Position numbers and translations under genes: made by a program. Shown here in pieces: positions 12,301 to 21,652 of a stretch of 64,000 nt of DNA. The notes below the pieces were generated by a model. That model made no database searches. It was given only the letters and a program-made list of their open reading frames with translations, and was not told the origin of the DNA. The first letter of the stretch is position 1; every line of letters begins with the position of its first letter. Source of the stretch: Chlorokybus atmophyticus (lineage: Eukaryota > Plantae > Mesostigma and Chlorokybus algae); NCBI GenBank assembly GCA_009103225.1, contig RHPI01001428.1, forward strand, positions 62,001 through 126,000, in the 5' to 3' direction.

Positions 12301-12473
12301 GCTGGATGACGAGGAGTAGAGTGGAGCGGGGTGAAGCTGGAGATGGAGCGCGAGCCTCTGCTGCTGCGGTCGATGCTTCCGTCACTGGTCCGCTCGTAGG
12401 TGAGATTGGTGGTTGGGCTCCAACTGCTGAGGTCACCCTCGTCTATTGGGGAGAACGGGGTGGGCCTGCTCAT
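3378..12473 (-). CDS. 3031-aa Gag-Pol polyprotein: Gag, two CCHC knuckles, aspartic protease, C5-cytosine methyltransferase, RT, RNase H, integrase, C-terminal PHD finger
   Basis: CHRCGRHGHYQKEC and CDHCHKTGHLESVC (~11085-11195); LDTGA protease (DTG at 8361-8369); DNMT motifs LELFGGIG, GWECQG, IENV, AHRVRAKWTNL (~6700-7660); RT CGDYRPLN and YIDD (5883-5894); RNase H TDWS; integrase HHCC and D,D-E; C4HC3 PHD (3408-3542). No stops or frameshifts. Confidence 0.95.
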   Translation of the reverse strand: MSRPTPFSPIDEGDLSSWSPTTNLTYERTSDGSIDRSSRGSRSISSFTPLHSTPRHPASPLSSDSDDNEMESSSSTTSLRFSGRAGTTSLDEFIIKFHSKMRQQALKNKDWSDEISFHIAAQYLDHEAHDVWKSVAELHRVDGYGELASTIASAALHRPAGVIPPATSVAVTGLTIAAALKQAEEEEPELVLVNLTPAEVESKEATRRVRILDRSAIIIEEQRAVQQAAAAEWGTPLPPATPGSRAGGSAFTLGSVALRAPAITVGAAISDSPLKDLYAALRRTFPPQTTSKVEELRRFRRKPNEDPLRLYSRLEGLLKDTDYKIVSEEAAAVIYVNELDAALSESTRLTLNYSRPLGYTLKEAFETAQAIHKRLVYEKAVLDTNRSAVRPVVSTTTEPPRRDRGRDAPPARDKGKRSAHAALAAPVLCHRCGRHGHYQKECTEEYSTLVCDHCHKTGHLESVCWLKFPELRPANSYNHNYSGGYNSNNTGGHTGNNFSGYNSNNTGGHTGNHFSGYNSNNTGAHNSNNAGGSNNNNNASVRKEEQGYRGKNRPPQRKGPETRPRAAAVAAKASANPPADDHMAALMARMARLEEDKEQDYRACYTARWALMAAKRERDRNTPSRVQPSRRARGEAATTSAGTSSEATSGAASAATATPATTSTPPTSAAPTPVAPQPGTPMDTVTPTLVSTMATAAISTESAPVGGALPTAAVPLSVGVETTLAPPTDTVATATMAIVEPAVSAATRAATLPALDVTQAVPTGQQAERAWETILRGADPTTIAFGRGGERTTRVARDDRVFPLPEVHTLPALTQHQLEDEILAGTAPPMRDRVFLISYSPPVVLELALQLFWALHNNMQTAPRQPARMPTTTFEPSPLDTYRDRRDAVQQRIADAADLPLGTDEALGPPTTARLHQRYHALEQAYHWRQDQAAAIAAREQALEATRAPIPQSPTAGPSSSTTPLFVETNSDQARALAQQIRGVIAPLLPALVEDLPEDQREPGRGYLTPQGCTQRDGAGLVGEQQLRTALLRQATMLHRQEGIGLRQMLGMRDNGNAARARLVTWLVTNHPAVPLFAFGARIAWVDAFLRSIRQAYDEVASAATDTLEGALEAILSLPGVEAGRQRRRIAAAYEQHVQQPETRLTVRTRAITVLEVGVVNGRWDAYMAGILRVPTITHDMRARLLRAVYLQPMPQNHRYIDVDNNATATWEGTLVREAAHAVRWTYAEEQAAREAVPQTPGPPGFPPQPLATPPGMTTAAQRVNPPAPPLGQVAAAPPVPRPPRVYQQPRQGRFGQSRGQGGPQDPSGRGALAALRSGPADESKATVSPRKRFRRFKRLRINANAAMIANQGKHVTVNGRAPKRVMLDTGAQPVIIGRYLARDLGITSAELLPCPYQLDTATGNRDKVLGLTKQAVSIRLTGLNPSHSTEIVQRCVVTDAGSFDLLLGQDCNFPVGMGLDCWTEQAWFRPHWDEDDGEEQGFLPLELVAKDRSQRRSAAAATYSLTKSSRVPRARTQPRTTATSSSPSLNAEEDSPTPYDESQETVTKEVAFQEPSERRWSAQVAAHMLLTRPQLTAHFPAYKDQATVQEQYHIATGVVEFHMFRRQQGITVLELFGGIGSGLAAVLNTGTTVTKYLYCDPDPHAQEALSHHLRQLHQRYPQQLPLSALQGSQKALPQDIRWITKDHLQAVGNIDLLIAGWECQGHSRAGRGQGLSDPRSQLFWELMRVIKLLQISQIARPLGYIIENVHSEDDKRHHVAKAYRQVCSLLGHPLKINAARHGSRAHRVRAKWTNLAIVEDLFLAEYLYSNRPRNLVVDDILDPGRTAQPVTRLDHHHFYQCNQPGQPRRALPTLVSYPGSYAFRNAGDGMVLDSNTGQLEEPNARERERAMGFFPSSITGSTLTTSQQCQLLGRAMDQNSMVWYLEMCFALQDRHVSFQELEHLAGGWIARFPETKAAHTALETAHMEEQAAITVEDIPVVANATSWSHGIGPLATGQTREQLEALLNRWRSQFSFSVKELGICSAYQMDIELVDTEPVFRRQYRLSKLEEDLVEQRCKALLDAGLIEESTLDFAAATVVPLKKDLSGNWTDRRMCGDYRPLNDKTKQDRYPMPTAEGIFDDLGECTVFSILDMRQGYNQIAIKEEDKHKTSFWGNRQLYQWKVMPFGLKNAPAKFQRVMDKALKGLDFARCYIDDILIFTHSNEEHLQHIEEVLQRLKKVGMTVHPDKCTFFTHKVPYLGHMIVPHGVYVQQAKVEALVAIPAPTDLTRLRAFLGLANYYRRFVKDFAKIARPLNELLKKDTEFLWKEAQQEAFQELKLRLTTAPILQRPDYTRSFILHTDWSKLGMGAVLVQHDNNKKERVVSYASRSNNSAEANYSSYEGECLAAVWAISFFRPFLFGRQFQLVTDHQPLKWLMNNQHLTGKLARWALLLQEYDFEVEHRAGLANQDADGLSRNPHLSTNDATGARHELGPTAAPAGVATMFAVAALRSGRRTQIAEAAADGDMPALEPAITTTDPLSEEAIAADPEVDDEELAPTDTRQDIWLDEPSLALLQTGQLPAGMSAREKDRVRQRTQRYRWANDRLYRRIQDADQEVPTPAAREGIISSLHTELGHFGVKRTVSLVRTQYWWYGVHRQVREFVSNCQQCDMVRASLNTRNATLHPLPISGLFYRWGLDILGDLAPSARGNRYILVMIEHFSKWVELVPLPDKSSEGVAQAFLSHVLGRFGSCAEVITDQGTEFRGAFDKLIDRCFIDHRRTSRDHPQADGLAERTVQTIKKALRKYVLAYEKNTWDDHLPWVAMGYRLSKQAALREYSPYYLLFGRQPLLPFRAQQEVDRVVDNLDNPDEMLYDLTVRSALFEHTVPMAFNNLRIAQHRDTLRYERVRSGFYKERERRFESGDFVYRMASTRDTLDTSVGRAVYKVLKVHPTGVLDLLGQRGERMKDNMVNCAPCHLPYIAGFTKIQHPRPLRSTRCEKCGSADDDPLMMLCDGCNQGMHCYCLDPPLDAVPLWEYWCDDCRINGPPHSR

Positions 12474-12662
12474 ACAGCTGGTCCAGAGGTGAAAGGGTAG
12501 AGTGCTTGTGCTCTACCGTCTATCCTGATGCTGTTACCACCCAACACACTAGTGCTTGTGCGCACTATGTGATGACAATGATAATGAATGCCCAGCGATG
12601 TATCCCTGGGTGCAGACTGAACTATCTGATGCAGATTGCAACACACTCACTTGTGCAAAGAG

Positions 12663-12677
12663 GGTGACACTGTAAGT
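12663..12677 (-). other. Self-complementary primer-binding site (ACTTACAGTGTCACC)
   Basis: Perfect 15-nt reverse complement of 12991-13005 inside the 5' repeat. No tRNA-type PBS follows the 5' repeat. Confidence 0.75.
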
Positions 12678-13346
12678 CAACAAGCCACTACGATAGGTAG
12701 TGCTGTGGACACAGTTCTTTGCATGAGTGGATAGAATGATACACTGTTAAGTGAGGTGAATGAGTGTGCAACACGTGGATACAACACCCTGACTACTGAA
12801 ACAACACACCACCGTCAAGCTCACAGCAATGGCAGGCACAGCGCACAAGAGCATGCACCGTGTCTCACGCAGTAAGGGAATTCTTGGCAACCGGGGCAGC
12901 GTGCTTCCAGTTCAAGTCGCTTCACAAGCTCTTTAGAAACAGAGTCTTTACTTCTTAGCACTCCTAGTACTCACAGTACTCACAGTACTCACTTACAGTG
13001 TCACCAGCCAGTCTGGTGACGTGACTTCCTACTTATACATGTCAAATCATGACTGTGCAGTGCCATGCGGGCACTAGGCCAGCGGTCACATCGAGGCCTC
13101 ATGCTATTTCGGAAATCTCCTAAGACTTGATATAGCACATGTGTTCTTAACAGACTTCCAACTGATCAGCTACGCGCGGTCCCTACAGACAGGTCTATAA
13201 AGTAGCCCTAGCTACATGCTACATGAGTGATACAGTAGCTAGCAGTAGGCTGGGGCTCGCGCGGTCTTCATGCTGGTAGCCCGGGCGTGGGGCTGGGTGT
13301 AGGCATGCTTGAGAAGAACTGGCATGCGAGGGTAGATGGCATGACA
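12675..13346 (-). repeat. Repeat B, 5' copy (672 bp), carrying the element promoter
   Basis: Direct repeat of 2428-3090; begins TGTCATGCC on the minus strand. Confidence 0.95.
13032..13037 (-). promoter_or_regulatory. Putative TATA box (TATAAG) of the Gypsy element
   Basis: Its first T lies 32 nt upstream of position 13005, the predicted transcript 5' end that pairs with the PBS. Confidence 0.5.
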
Positions 13347-15685
13347 AAGAAGAGTTGAATGTAGCGCTGATGTTCTTATATGTACACGAAGATTGTGTCA
13401 TTTTTAACAACTTATATTCATACATCAAGTTTATATGAAGAAATTGTCACAATAAATCTTCAAAGTTCTTGTTGGCCCAAGTTGTAATGATTCTGGCACC
13501 GGGTAGCCTGCCAACAGCCGCGTAATCCGGCTCCACTACTTGCACAAGTAGTGGCACATTCAGCAAAGTTGAACGGGCAAATCACCATTGCAGCGGCTAG
13601 AGCCCCTTCTAGTATAGGCTTTCCAATGAGGCAGATGCTAAGCATGCAAGTACGCACACGAGCACACGTACACACAGTAAAACATCTCAATAAAAGCCAA
13701 GGTAGTGGCTTGGCCTCGCTCCGTGTACTGATTATGTGCATGTAGGGCGGAGAGGCAGCCAGCAAGACATAACAAATAGCATGTGCAAGTAGCTGCTTTG
13801 TTGCAGCAAGGTATAGTATGATGCATTGATGATACACAAGCTCATTTATTCATTACTTACCACTTCATACACATTTCTGAACACTTTTCCTACACATGGA
13901 TGCACATGCCATTAAAACCACCTCGATAGGTTCCCTGATCAAGCTGTTACGAGAACGTTTTCGCAAAAGATAGAGGGTCTCAAAATGTAAGCAAACATCA
14001 TACATACTTAGATACGTGCCCCCGTGTGGTAATAGATTGCCTTGTGCTGCTTTTGTGCATGCTTGTGCTTGAGTGCATGCTGGTGAATTGTGTGCTTCAA
14101 TGTGCTCGAGTGTACAAAAGATGGTATGCTTGCAGGATTGCATGCATAGTGTCACAAGCATTAGTCATGCATGTTGTGACGCATACCAAGCATGCAAGCA
14201 GTCAGTGGCAGTCGCATATCATTTCACCGGGCTAAAGCTATGTACTTCTTCACTAACTACAACTACTTTGGCTACCCCGTTAGTCATGCATGCATGCGTG
14301 TATGCTCAATCATTACCTGTCCATGGCACCAGCACAAGCGTCAGGATAACGTAGTATGGACGCAGAGCAGCGTTACAGCAGGACAATGCAGCGTGCGAAT
14401 GCGCCCCCCTCTCCTCTCTCTTTCTCTCGCCCCACTCCTCCACTCTCTCTCTCCCCTCCCTCTTCTCACGCCCCCTCTTCCTCTTCCCACGTCCGCCTCT
14501 GCCTTCTCATGGTTGTGCTGTAAGCCTTGCCGTTCTGTGTGTGAGGCAGGGCCCCTCTGCCCCGCCCCTTCTCACACAAACCTACTTGTAATTTAATACC
14601 AGCACAGCAAGGGTCCAATTACGTGTTTCCATCCCTAACAACCGCTCACAGCAACAACATACAGCAGCGTGCTATTGCACACAGTCACTGACATACGACA
14701 ACTGCTCACGACGCTCCGGCCGCACCCGCCAGCACAGCGTCCTCCTCGGCAGTCGGTGGGACCGTCTGCAGCGGCGCCCAGACCCCTTTCTGCTCTGGCT
14801 CTCTCTGTGTCCCGGCACAGCCGACGCGCAGTGCAAGTCCGCACTGCACAGTGGTGCTGCAGCGTTGTGTCGTTGCTGCCGGTTAGGTGTGGGTGGTGAG
14901 TGCGTCTTGCATCAGATTCACGGACAGTCTCGCCGCATCTTTTGCACAACCTGTCCACTTTATGTCTTCAAAGCCACCTCAAGCTTATGTAGACGTCGCA
15001 AGCAACTCAAACCAGGCGGCACCGTGCATGGGAACATGTGCATGTTACTTGGCAACCATTACAAAGCCACCCTCGTCACGTCCCCAGGCATCCCTTTGAC
15101 AAAATGCATGACGCCATTGCTTGATGCAAAGTGAATGTGCATGTTGTGGGTGTTGCAAGCTTGCTAAGACATCAAGCCTATAGACACTCATACACAACTT
15201 GTCAGCTGCAACTTGAGTTACTCATACCTAAGCCCTTGACGGGGTGTTAACCTAGCTCACACAAACCCGCAACGCATACAACACACTGCGATGCGGAGAG
15301 AGGGTGCAGCGACCTGAAGAGAAGCTACCAATGCAAACTCTAAACTCAAATCATTGAGGAGGTGTACATACAGCGCAGCTGAGCTGCCGCGAGGAGAGGC
15401 GTGCACTGCGCGGATCCAAAACAGGGGGATGGGGCTGAGTGAGGGAGCGGCCTGCTACGGTGCGGGGAACGTGTCGGTGCGGACGATCGCGGTGGTGGTG
15501 GTGGTGGTGGTTGCGTGCGGGTGTTGGTAGTAGCGCTGCGTCCCGCCGGCTATGACCCGCTGTCTGGTGAAGGGGAGGCGTCGGAGGGTGTCTCGCATCA
15601 TGTCCAGCAGCTCCGTGAAGAAGCGCGCGACGGTGTCCGCGAGCAGCCGCATCCTGTCTTGGAACGCGCGCAGTGCACGGTCGGT

Positions 15686-16877
15686 TCAGCTGGTGACACC
15701 TCCTCCTCGCACGGTCCCCCCGCTGGTGGTCGCGCTCGATGAGGCGGAGGCAGAGGCGGCGAGCTTGGCGGCCTCGTCGTCCTTGAGCACCAGGCGCAGC
15801 AGCCACAGTGAGATGGCGAGGCCGATGAAGTGCGCAGCGACGGTGTTGGCGCTGGCCTGCACGAGGAAGACGTCGAGCGCAAGCACGGGGGAGTACGCGC
15901 CGGCGCCGCCGCCCACGAGCGGGCTGGCCGGGGAGGTGAGCGTCTTGGCCACCAGCAGGCCCACCACGGCCTCGGCGCCAAGCACGGAGCTGGCAAGACC
16001 CACCATGTTGATGTAGATGCCGTTGGTCAAGTTGCGGATCACGTCCGCGCGGTTAGGACCCTGCGAGCATGCGCGTTGCAAGAATGCATGCACAACACAT
16101 GCACAGCGTGCATACACGGCTGCATGCACGCACAAATATGCACACGCCCATGTTCTCCAGTGTTGGATATTGCTGCGCAATATTGTGCCATCAGCCAAGC
16201 ACAAACACCCACATGCACACACGCACCTGTTTGGGCTTGGTGACTTTGAGGTGCAGGCGCTGTGCGAGGCGGGTGTAGCCGAATGCCCAGAACACGGACA
16301 GGAAGGCTGCGGCCAGGCCCGCTGCGGTGAGGTATAGCCCTGCGACGGATCCAAAGGTGTTTGCTGATGCTCTCTGCTGCGGGTTGAGCTGCTGTCCCTG
16401 CGTGCCGAACGCGATGGAGAACACCAGCACCACCGCGGACACCACGGAAAGCACCAGCTGCGACCAGAAGGACAGGTATCCCAGCTTGTTGAAGGCCTGC
16501 GCCGCCTTGCCCACGCGCCTAGCCACCGCCTCAAGCAACTCACGGGACGACGGCTCCGCCGGCCCGCCTGACGCCGACGCTGGGTAGGAGGGCGTCCCTG
16601 CGGCCGACGACGCCGAGGACGGCGTCCTGCGGGGCCTCCTTGACGGCAGCCAAGGGAACCCTCCTCCCGCTCCTCCTCCCGCTGCGGCGGCGGCGGCTGT
16701 GGTGAAGAGCGAGGGCAGGCGTCGGTGACTGCGCGGCGGTGGCCGCCGCCGCAGCAGCGGGCATGCGTTGCGTCTCTGCTGCTGCCCGGGCACAGGCAGG
16801 AGCAGGCTAGGAGACCCCCGGAGGCTACCGCCGCTGGTGCTTGCCGTGGCGGCGGCCGCGACCACGAGCGACGCCAT
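15686..16877 (-). CDS. TIC21: Chloroplast inner-envelope protein TIC21/PIC1 (DUF3611); exons 16877-16227 and 16060-15686, 341 aa
   Basis: Ala/Ser/Arg-rich transit-peptide-like N-terminus; FWSQLVLSVVSAVVLVFS, AAAFLSVFWAFGY and SPVLALDVFLVQASANT match plant TIC21; in-frame GT-AG intron 16226-16061. Confidence 0.88.
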
Positions 16878-17128
16878 GTGCGCGACCCTCGTCCTCCCGC
16901 AGCCGCGCAACACCCGACAAGCTGTCAAGTCTCCCCTGGTGCTTGGGCGTGTGGTCTTTGTCCTTTTCTGCCCTCACACAGCTACCGCCGCCGCCGCCGG
17001 CCACGTGCGCACCCACCCCGACGCCGACGACAAGTTGGAGGTCCAGGACGCTGACTGTGATCCTCTCCCCTCACAGCCATGCAAAATCTCTGCCGCCTAC
17101 ACCAGATCTCCGATATCATCACCCCGCC

Positions 17129-17150
17129 AAACCCTAACCCTAACCCTAAA
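17129..17150 (+). promoter_or_regulatory. Interstitial telomere-type repeat / telo-box (AAACCCTAACCCTAACCCTAAA) in the divergent promoter between TIC21 and the AUG3-like gene
   Basis: Three CCCTAA units, including the plant telo-box AAACCCTAA, between two head-to-head start codons. Confidence 0.45.
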
Positions 17151-17206
17151 CCCCCCTCCCCTTTGAATTGAATTCTCAACAGTCGGGGCTTCTCGTCGTT
17201 GGCGGC

Positions 17207-20200
17207 ATGGGCGTCGCTGCCGCCGGCCCGGTCCGAGAAGGTGGGCCAGGCCTGGCGGCTGCTCTCAGGGACGCATGCCCAGCGCGATACGCCGCAGCAG
17301 CAGAATGGCTAGGGGCTCTGCTGACGCCAGCAGCAGCGCCGCGGCAGCAGCAGGGAGAGGTGGAGCCGGCGGCGGCGCTGCTAACGCACGTGGCCGCCGC
17401 ATGCGCTGCGGGAGGAGGGAGCACCGCACCACCGTCTCTGCTCACCGACCAGCAGCTGAGCGAGTGAGTGAGCTGCGATGCCCTCACCGAGGCGTTGCTC
17501 AAAATACATACTGCGCTGCATTGTGTGCTGTTGGGGCCAGGCCAATTTTGTTGCAGTGAATGTGGTTGTTGCTTCGAGGCTGCCACGGTGATCAATCCGC
17601 AATAAGGCATCACAAGACATGTGTATAGTTGATCCTGTTCTTACCCACGATGCATGGCGCTCACTCGTCACTTGCCATTGCAGTTTCGAGCAGCTGGAGG
17701 CGCAGGGCAAAGTGCTCAGGGTGAGTACTGACAAGGATGGTAACATTGTCAAGGAGTCCTGCTTTTATACGTGAGGGATGCCTGTGTGCTCTTCTTCTCG
17801 TGACGCGCACACAAAGGGACATCACATGCGCGTGCAGGGTGCCGAGCTGGAGGCGGCCATCAGCAGGCAGGCAAGGACAGCCTCGAGCGGTAGCCGCGTC
17901 GGAGGCGTGGGTGACGACAGCGATGATGATGATGATGATGACATCAGGTGCGTCCATGTGTGCGTGTGTGGTTGTGAGGACAGAAAGAGGGAAGGGGAAG
18001 GGTCCGGTGACGACATCCTCTCGGCAACAGAGAGCGCAGGTGCAGGGGGTTGGTGCGTGGGGTTGTGCCCGCGCCCCAGCGCCGTGGTGCGCCCCTCTCC
18101 CACTCCCTCACTGCGACTGTGTGCTGTACAAACAATTAGCCAACGAACACAACTCCTTGTATCTGAGGACCCCTGATGACTGACAGTAGCTTTGGTCATG
18201 TTGGCGTTTCACGCACACGCGCTGCACGAGTGACCCAGTCTATCAAACATGACACAGGGAGCTGGTGTCGAGGGCGCGTGAGGAGGCGGCAGCATTGAGA
18301 ATGCGAACACGTACCGTGCTTGCAGCACGGTGTCAAGGCGTGGCATCGTGCCGCGAGGCCATGGCAGCGGACCGCCTGCGCCGCTCCGCCGCGCTTGCAA
18401 ACGCACGCCGCGACCTCCGCGTTACCCAGGAGCGCGCTTTGCGTCGCGACAGCGCCTTTGCTGACCTCCTCGACCGCCTCGTCACGGCCACCCACGACAT
18501 GGCGCGCATGCTGGGCTCCGCAGGTGCAATGCCGATGTTGTTGTGTTCAACGGACATGCTGCGCAGGGACGAGCTGGTACTTACAGGCACTCGCGTGCAG
18601 GTGCTCAGTCGGGCGTGGTTGGCTGCGATTTGAGTGCGTACGCTGCGCGTGACACGGACTGCACGCGAGAACTGCACCGCAGACACCTCGCGTCTGCTGC
18701 GGCTATTATGGACGGAGGCACGGAGGTCGCTTGCGCTGCACCGGCAGGTTGGCTTTGGCCCCACAATACATCCCCTGGACTGTTGAGGTGAGGCTTTGCA
18801 ATGCCACATGATCCTCTCTCATCTCATGCCTTGCAGGAGAGGACAGGCAGGGAGGAGCGCGAGCAGCCCGGGAGCGGGAAGAGCACGAGCTGACGCGCTT
18901 GGTGTCCATGTGAGTGATACAGCACTTCTCTGTTGGTTGGAGTAGCCGGTATCAACGATTGTTGTGATGTGACACGCACAGATGGGAGGTGAGTTTGGCG
19001 CAGCATGTGGACGCCAAGGTGTCCCTTGCCAAGGAGCGCGCGCGGCTCGACCTCCTCAGGACCGATTGCCACCCGCAGCATCGCCTGTCTGCAGAGGGCG
19101 TGGAGGAGCGGCTCGAGCGCGTGCGGGCAGAGACCCGCGCCCTCCACACGCAGGTTTGATGCTGAGCCTGTTGCTGCAACCACATGCTGGGCCACGTGCG
19201 ATGGCAACCCACCATGCGCCCGCAGGTCCTGCCAATACTGTTTCGGGAGGTTGCGCGACTGCAGCGTGTGCACGCCCTCCTAGGTGAGAGCGGATGTGGC
19301 GGTGGGGTATAATTGCAAGTAGGAGCGCATGCATGCAGTTGCTGAGACGGCAAAGCTGTGCAGGGGAGTACAGAAGAGTGGAGACGACACAGCGCGCGCG
19401 TCAGTCAGAGCAGCAGCAGGTAAGCATGAAAGCAGGACGATGGCTGCTTCATGCTTGAGCGCGTCCCTTGAAGTGTTGTTCCTTTTTGCGTCGGCAGTTA
19501 GAGGAGCAGTTGGCAGCGCAGGCGGCGCGCAACGGCCTGCTTGCGGCGGCGTGCTCGGCCGACACGCGCCGCCTGCACCACGCCGCTCACCTACTCACCG
19601 ACACTCGCAACGCCCTCGCCGAACTCGCCGCCAACAACGCCGCGCGATCGGTGAGCACAATCGTGCGCGCGTGCGACAGTGTGACGGCAACACACTCGCC
19701 GTTGCGTGAATTCTTCTCGCCTTGCAGGAGTTGTATAAGGATCTGAGGGAGCGCGCGGAGAGGGGGGTGCAGCGCAGCCGAGGGGGCAGCAGAGGCAAAG
19801 CGGATGCGTTTTTGCTGCGGCTTCACCGCATAGTCAACGACAGTGGCAGCGACGACGGGCGGGAGTCGCCCAACGAGTACGTGAGCGCACGCGTGCTGGC
19901 GCAGCAGTGCGCGAGCGCGAGAGAGGAGGCCCACAGGCTGGCGGGAGTGCTGCGTACCGACGTGCCAGAAGAGCGCCGTTGTGCTCACCAGCAGCTGTGA
20001 GAGCCCTGTTGCTTGTTGACTTCCCACGTAGCACTCTCATTCATGCACTGGTAAGGTGTGTTTGTGTTGCTGATATTCTTACTCACAGCTTGGAGAGGGT
20101 GCGTGCGACTGCTGCTCTGCTTGGCGTATCGCCTTCAGAAAGACATCACACCAACCACCAGCAGCAGAAGCTGCGCTTGCTGCCGCAGGTACGGTACTGT

Positions 20201-20805
20201 TGCAAGCAAAACCCTAGTGCATATCATCTGATGGTTTGCAACCAGCGCCATGTGAGTCAAAAGTTCCCTTCGCGCCACGCCCATATGCTGCGCAGTGGGT
20301 TAACGATCTGCGTATGTTGGCATCTGTTGTCCATGTTGTGTGACCGTGTGCATGTGCGCACGCGCGCATTACTCTATCAACACAGTCACGTGAACGTTTT
20401 TACTACACCTACATCCACATTATACAAATGCATTTCTCCAAGATCTTCAACAAAGCATCTCAATGCAATTGTTCACATACATGTCAGTTGGGTATCCATA
20501 ATGGTCCTCTTCACACAACAGTACGCGTGGTGACCAGCCACGAGTGAGTCGTTATCAGCTACCCAAGTCCGGTCTTTGTGCTGCAGGCTCTGGGCGAGGA
20601 CGACATCATGGTTGCTGTGGAGTCTGCGCGCGAGGCTCTGGGTGCGCGCGTGGACGGGCTGACGAAAGACCTCGCGCAGAAGCGCCGCCTCCACCAGCAC
20701 GAGGGCGAGGGACAGCTGGAGCGCAGGGCGTGGACGCTACTACTCAACCGCCCCGAAGACCTCGCGCGACGCGTAGCAGACCTCGCGCAGAGAGCTGGCC
20801 GCTGA
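17207..20805 (+). CDS. AUG3: Multi-exon AUGMIN subunit 3 / HAUS3-like coiled-coil protein (exon boundaries approximate)
   Basis: GC-rich exons between GT-AG introns encode helical segments. EYVSARVLAQQ...VPEERRC and QLERRAWTLLLNRPEDLARRVADL resemble plant AUG3 (YVSAP...[30 protein letters not shown]), compared from memory. Confidence 0.6.
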
Positions 20806-21652
20806 TGAGGTGTATGCCAGTCTTGTGGCGGCAGGAAGGAAGAGTGCAGGACACGAGTCTCAGCAGCTGACGAGCCAGCAGGGTTTGTAGGTTGGTGCAT
20901 GGCATGCCATTGCAGGCCAGGTTTGAAAGACCAGCAGCCAAGCTTATGGTAGCACCTTGTGGCATGTTGATCGTACCAGTCTGCTGTGCAAGGGCAAACA
21001 TGATGCGTATATACGCGGATATTTCGGATACATATGTGCAACAGCAGTCGGCACGCCAGCTGGGCATGCTTGCGGAAATGGTACGACAAGAGCATAACAA
21101 CTTTACAATACAGACACAGTCAACTGTCCATCAAGCTAACAGGAGAAACTGTGATGAGGGTTGTGATGTGATGTTGTTGCTCTATGAAAGGTAGCAGCAC
21201 AACTCCATCCTCAACCGTGTTGGCTGTGGACAAGGGCAGGATTGGGGCTTGCACCATTGGTGTGATTTGTCTCCAGGTTTCCACTGCGAACGGTCAGTGC
21301 AATACAGCACGGATAGCTGTGGCGGCACGCCCGAGGAGGGAAACGGTTCCTTCATTGCTCGTGGTGTAATGCTGGTATTCTTCTTACGTATGCCGCAGCA
21401 AGGTATGCATGGCACACACAGCTTGTGCTGTCCAGTCAGCTACAACAAGCTGAATCCTGTACAACGCCATCCCAATGTGGAGAACTGCCAACTAGGACCG
21501 TCCCGCCCACCCCTCCTGCTGCTCTAACCCTCTCTGTGTGCATACACCCACTGCTCTAGAGTAAAATAAAATACACTACTGATGCTGTACACTATCCAAT
21601 TGCGGCGCGTGCCCCAAACTATTCCTACACAACACGTCACACCTCAACGGTG

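Larger units (their letters stand above)
2202..13346 (-). mobile_element. Full-length Ty3/Gypsy (Metaviridae-type) retrotransposon with DNMT and PHD domains and split/permuted terminal repeats
   Basis: Termini TGTCGTGCC (2202) and GGCATGACA (13346) form 9-bp imperfect inverted repeats with TG...CA ends. Flanks read AAGAAGA on both sides (2195-2201 and 13347-13353). One uninterrupted gag-pol ORF in PR-RT-RH-IN order. Confidence 0.95.

Noticed and set aside
13347-13620. KIYCDNFF on the minus strand, resembling a piggyBac DNFF motif, in the sequence hit by the Gypsy
   Set aside because: Isolated motif followed immediately by a stop; no other supporting blocks.
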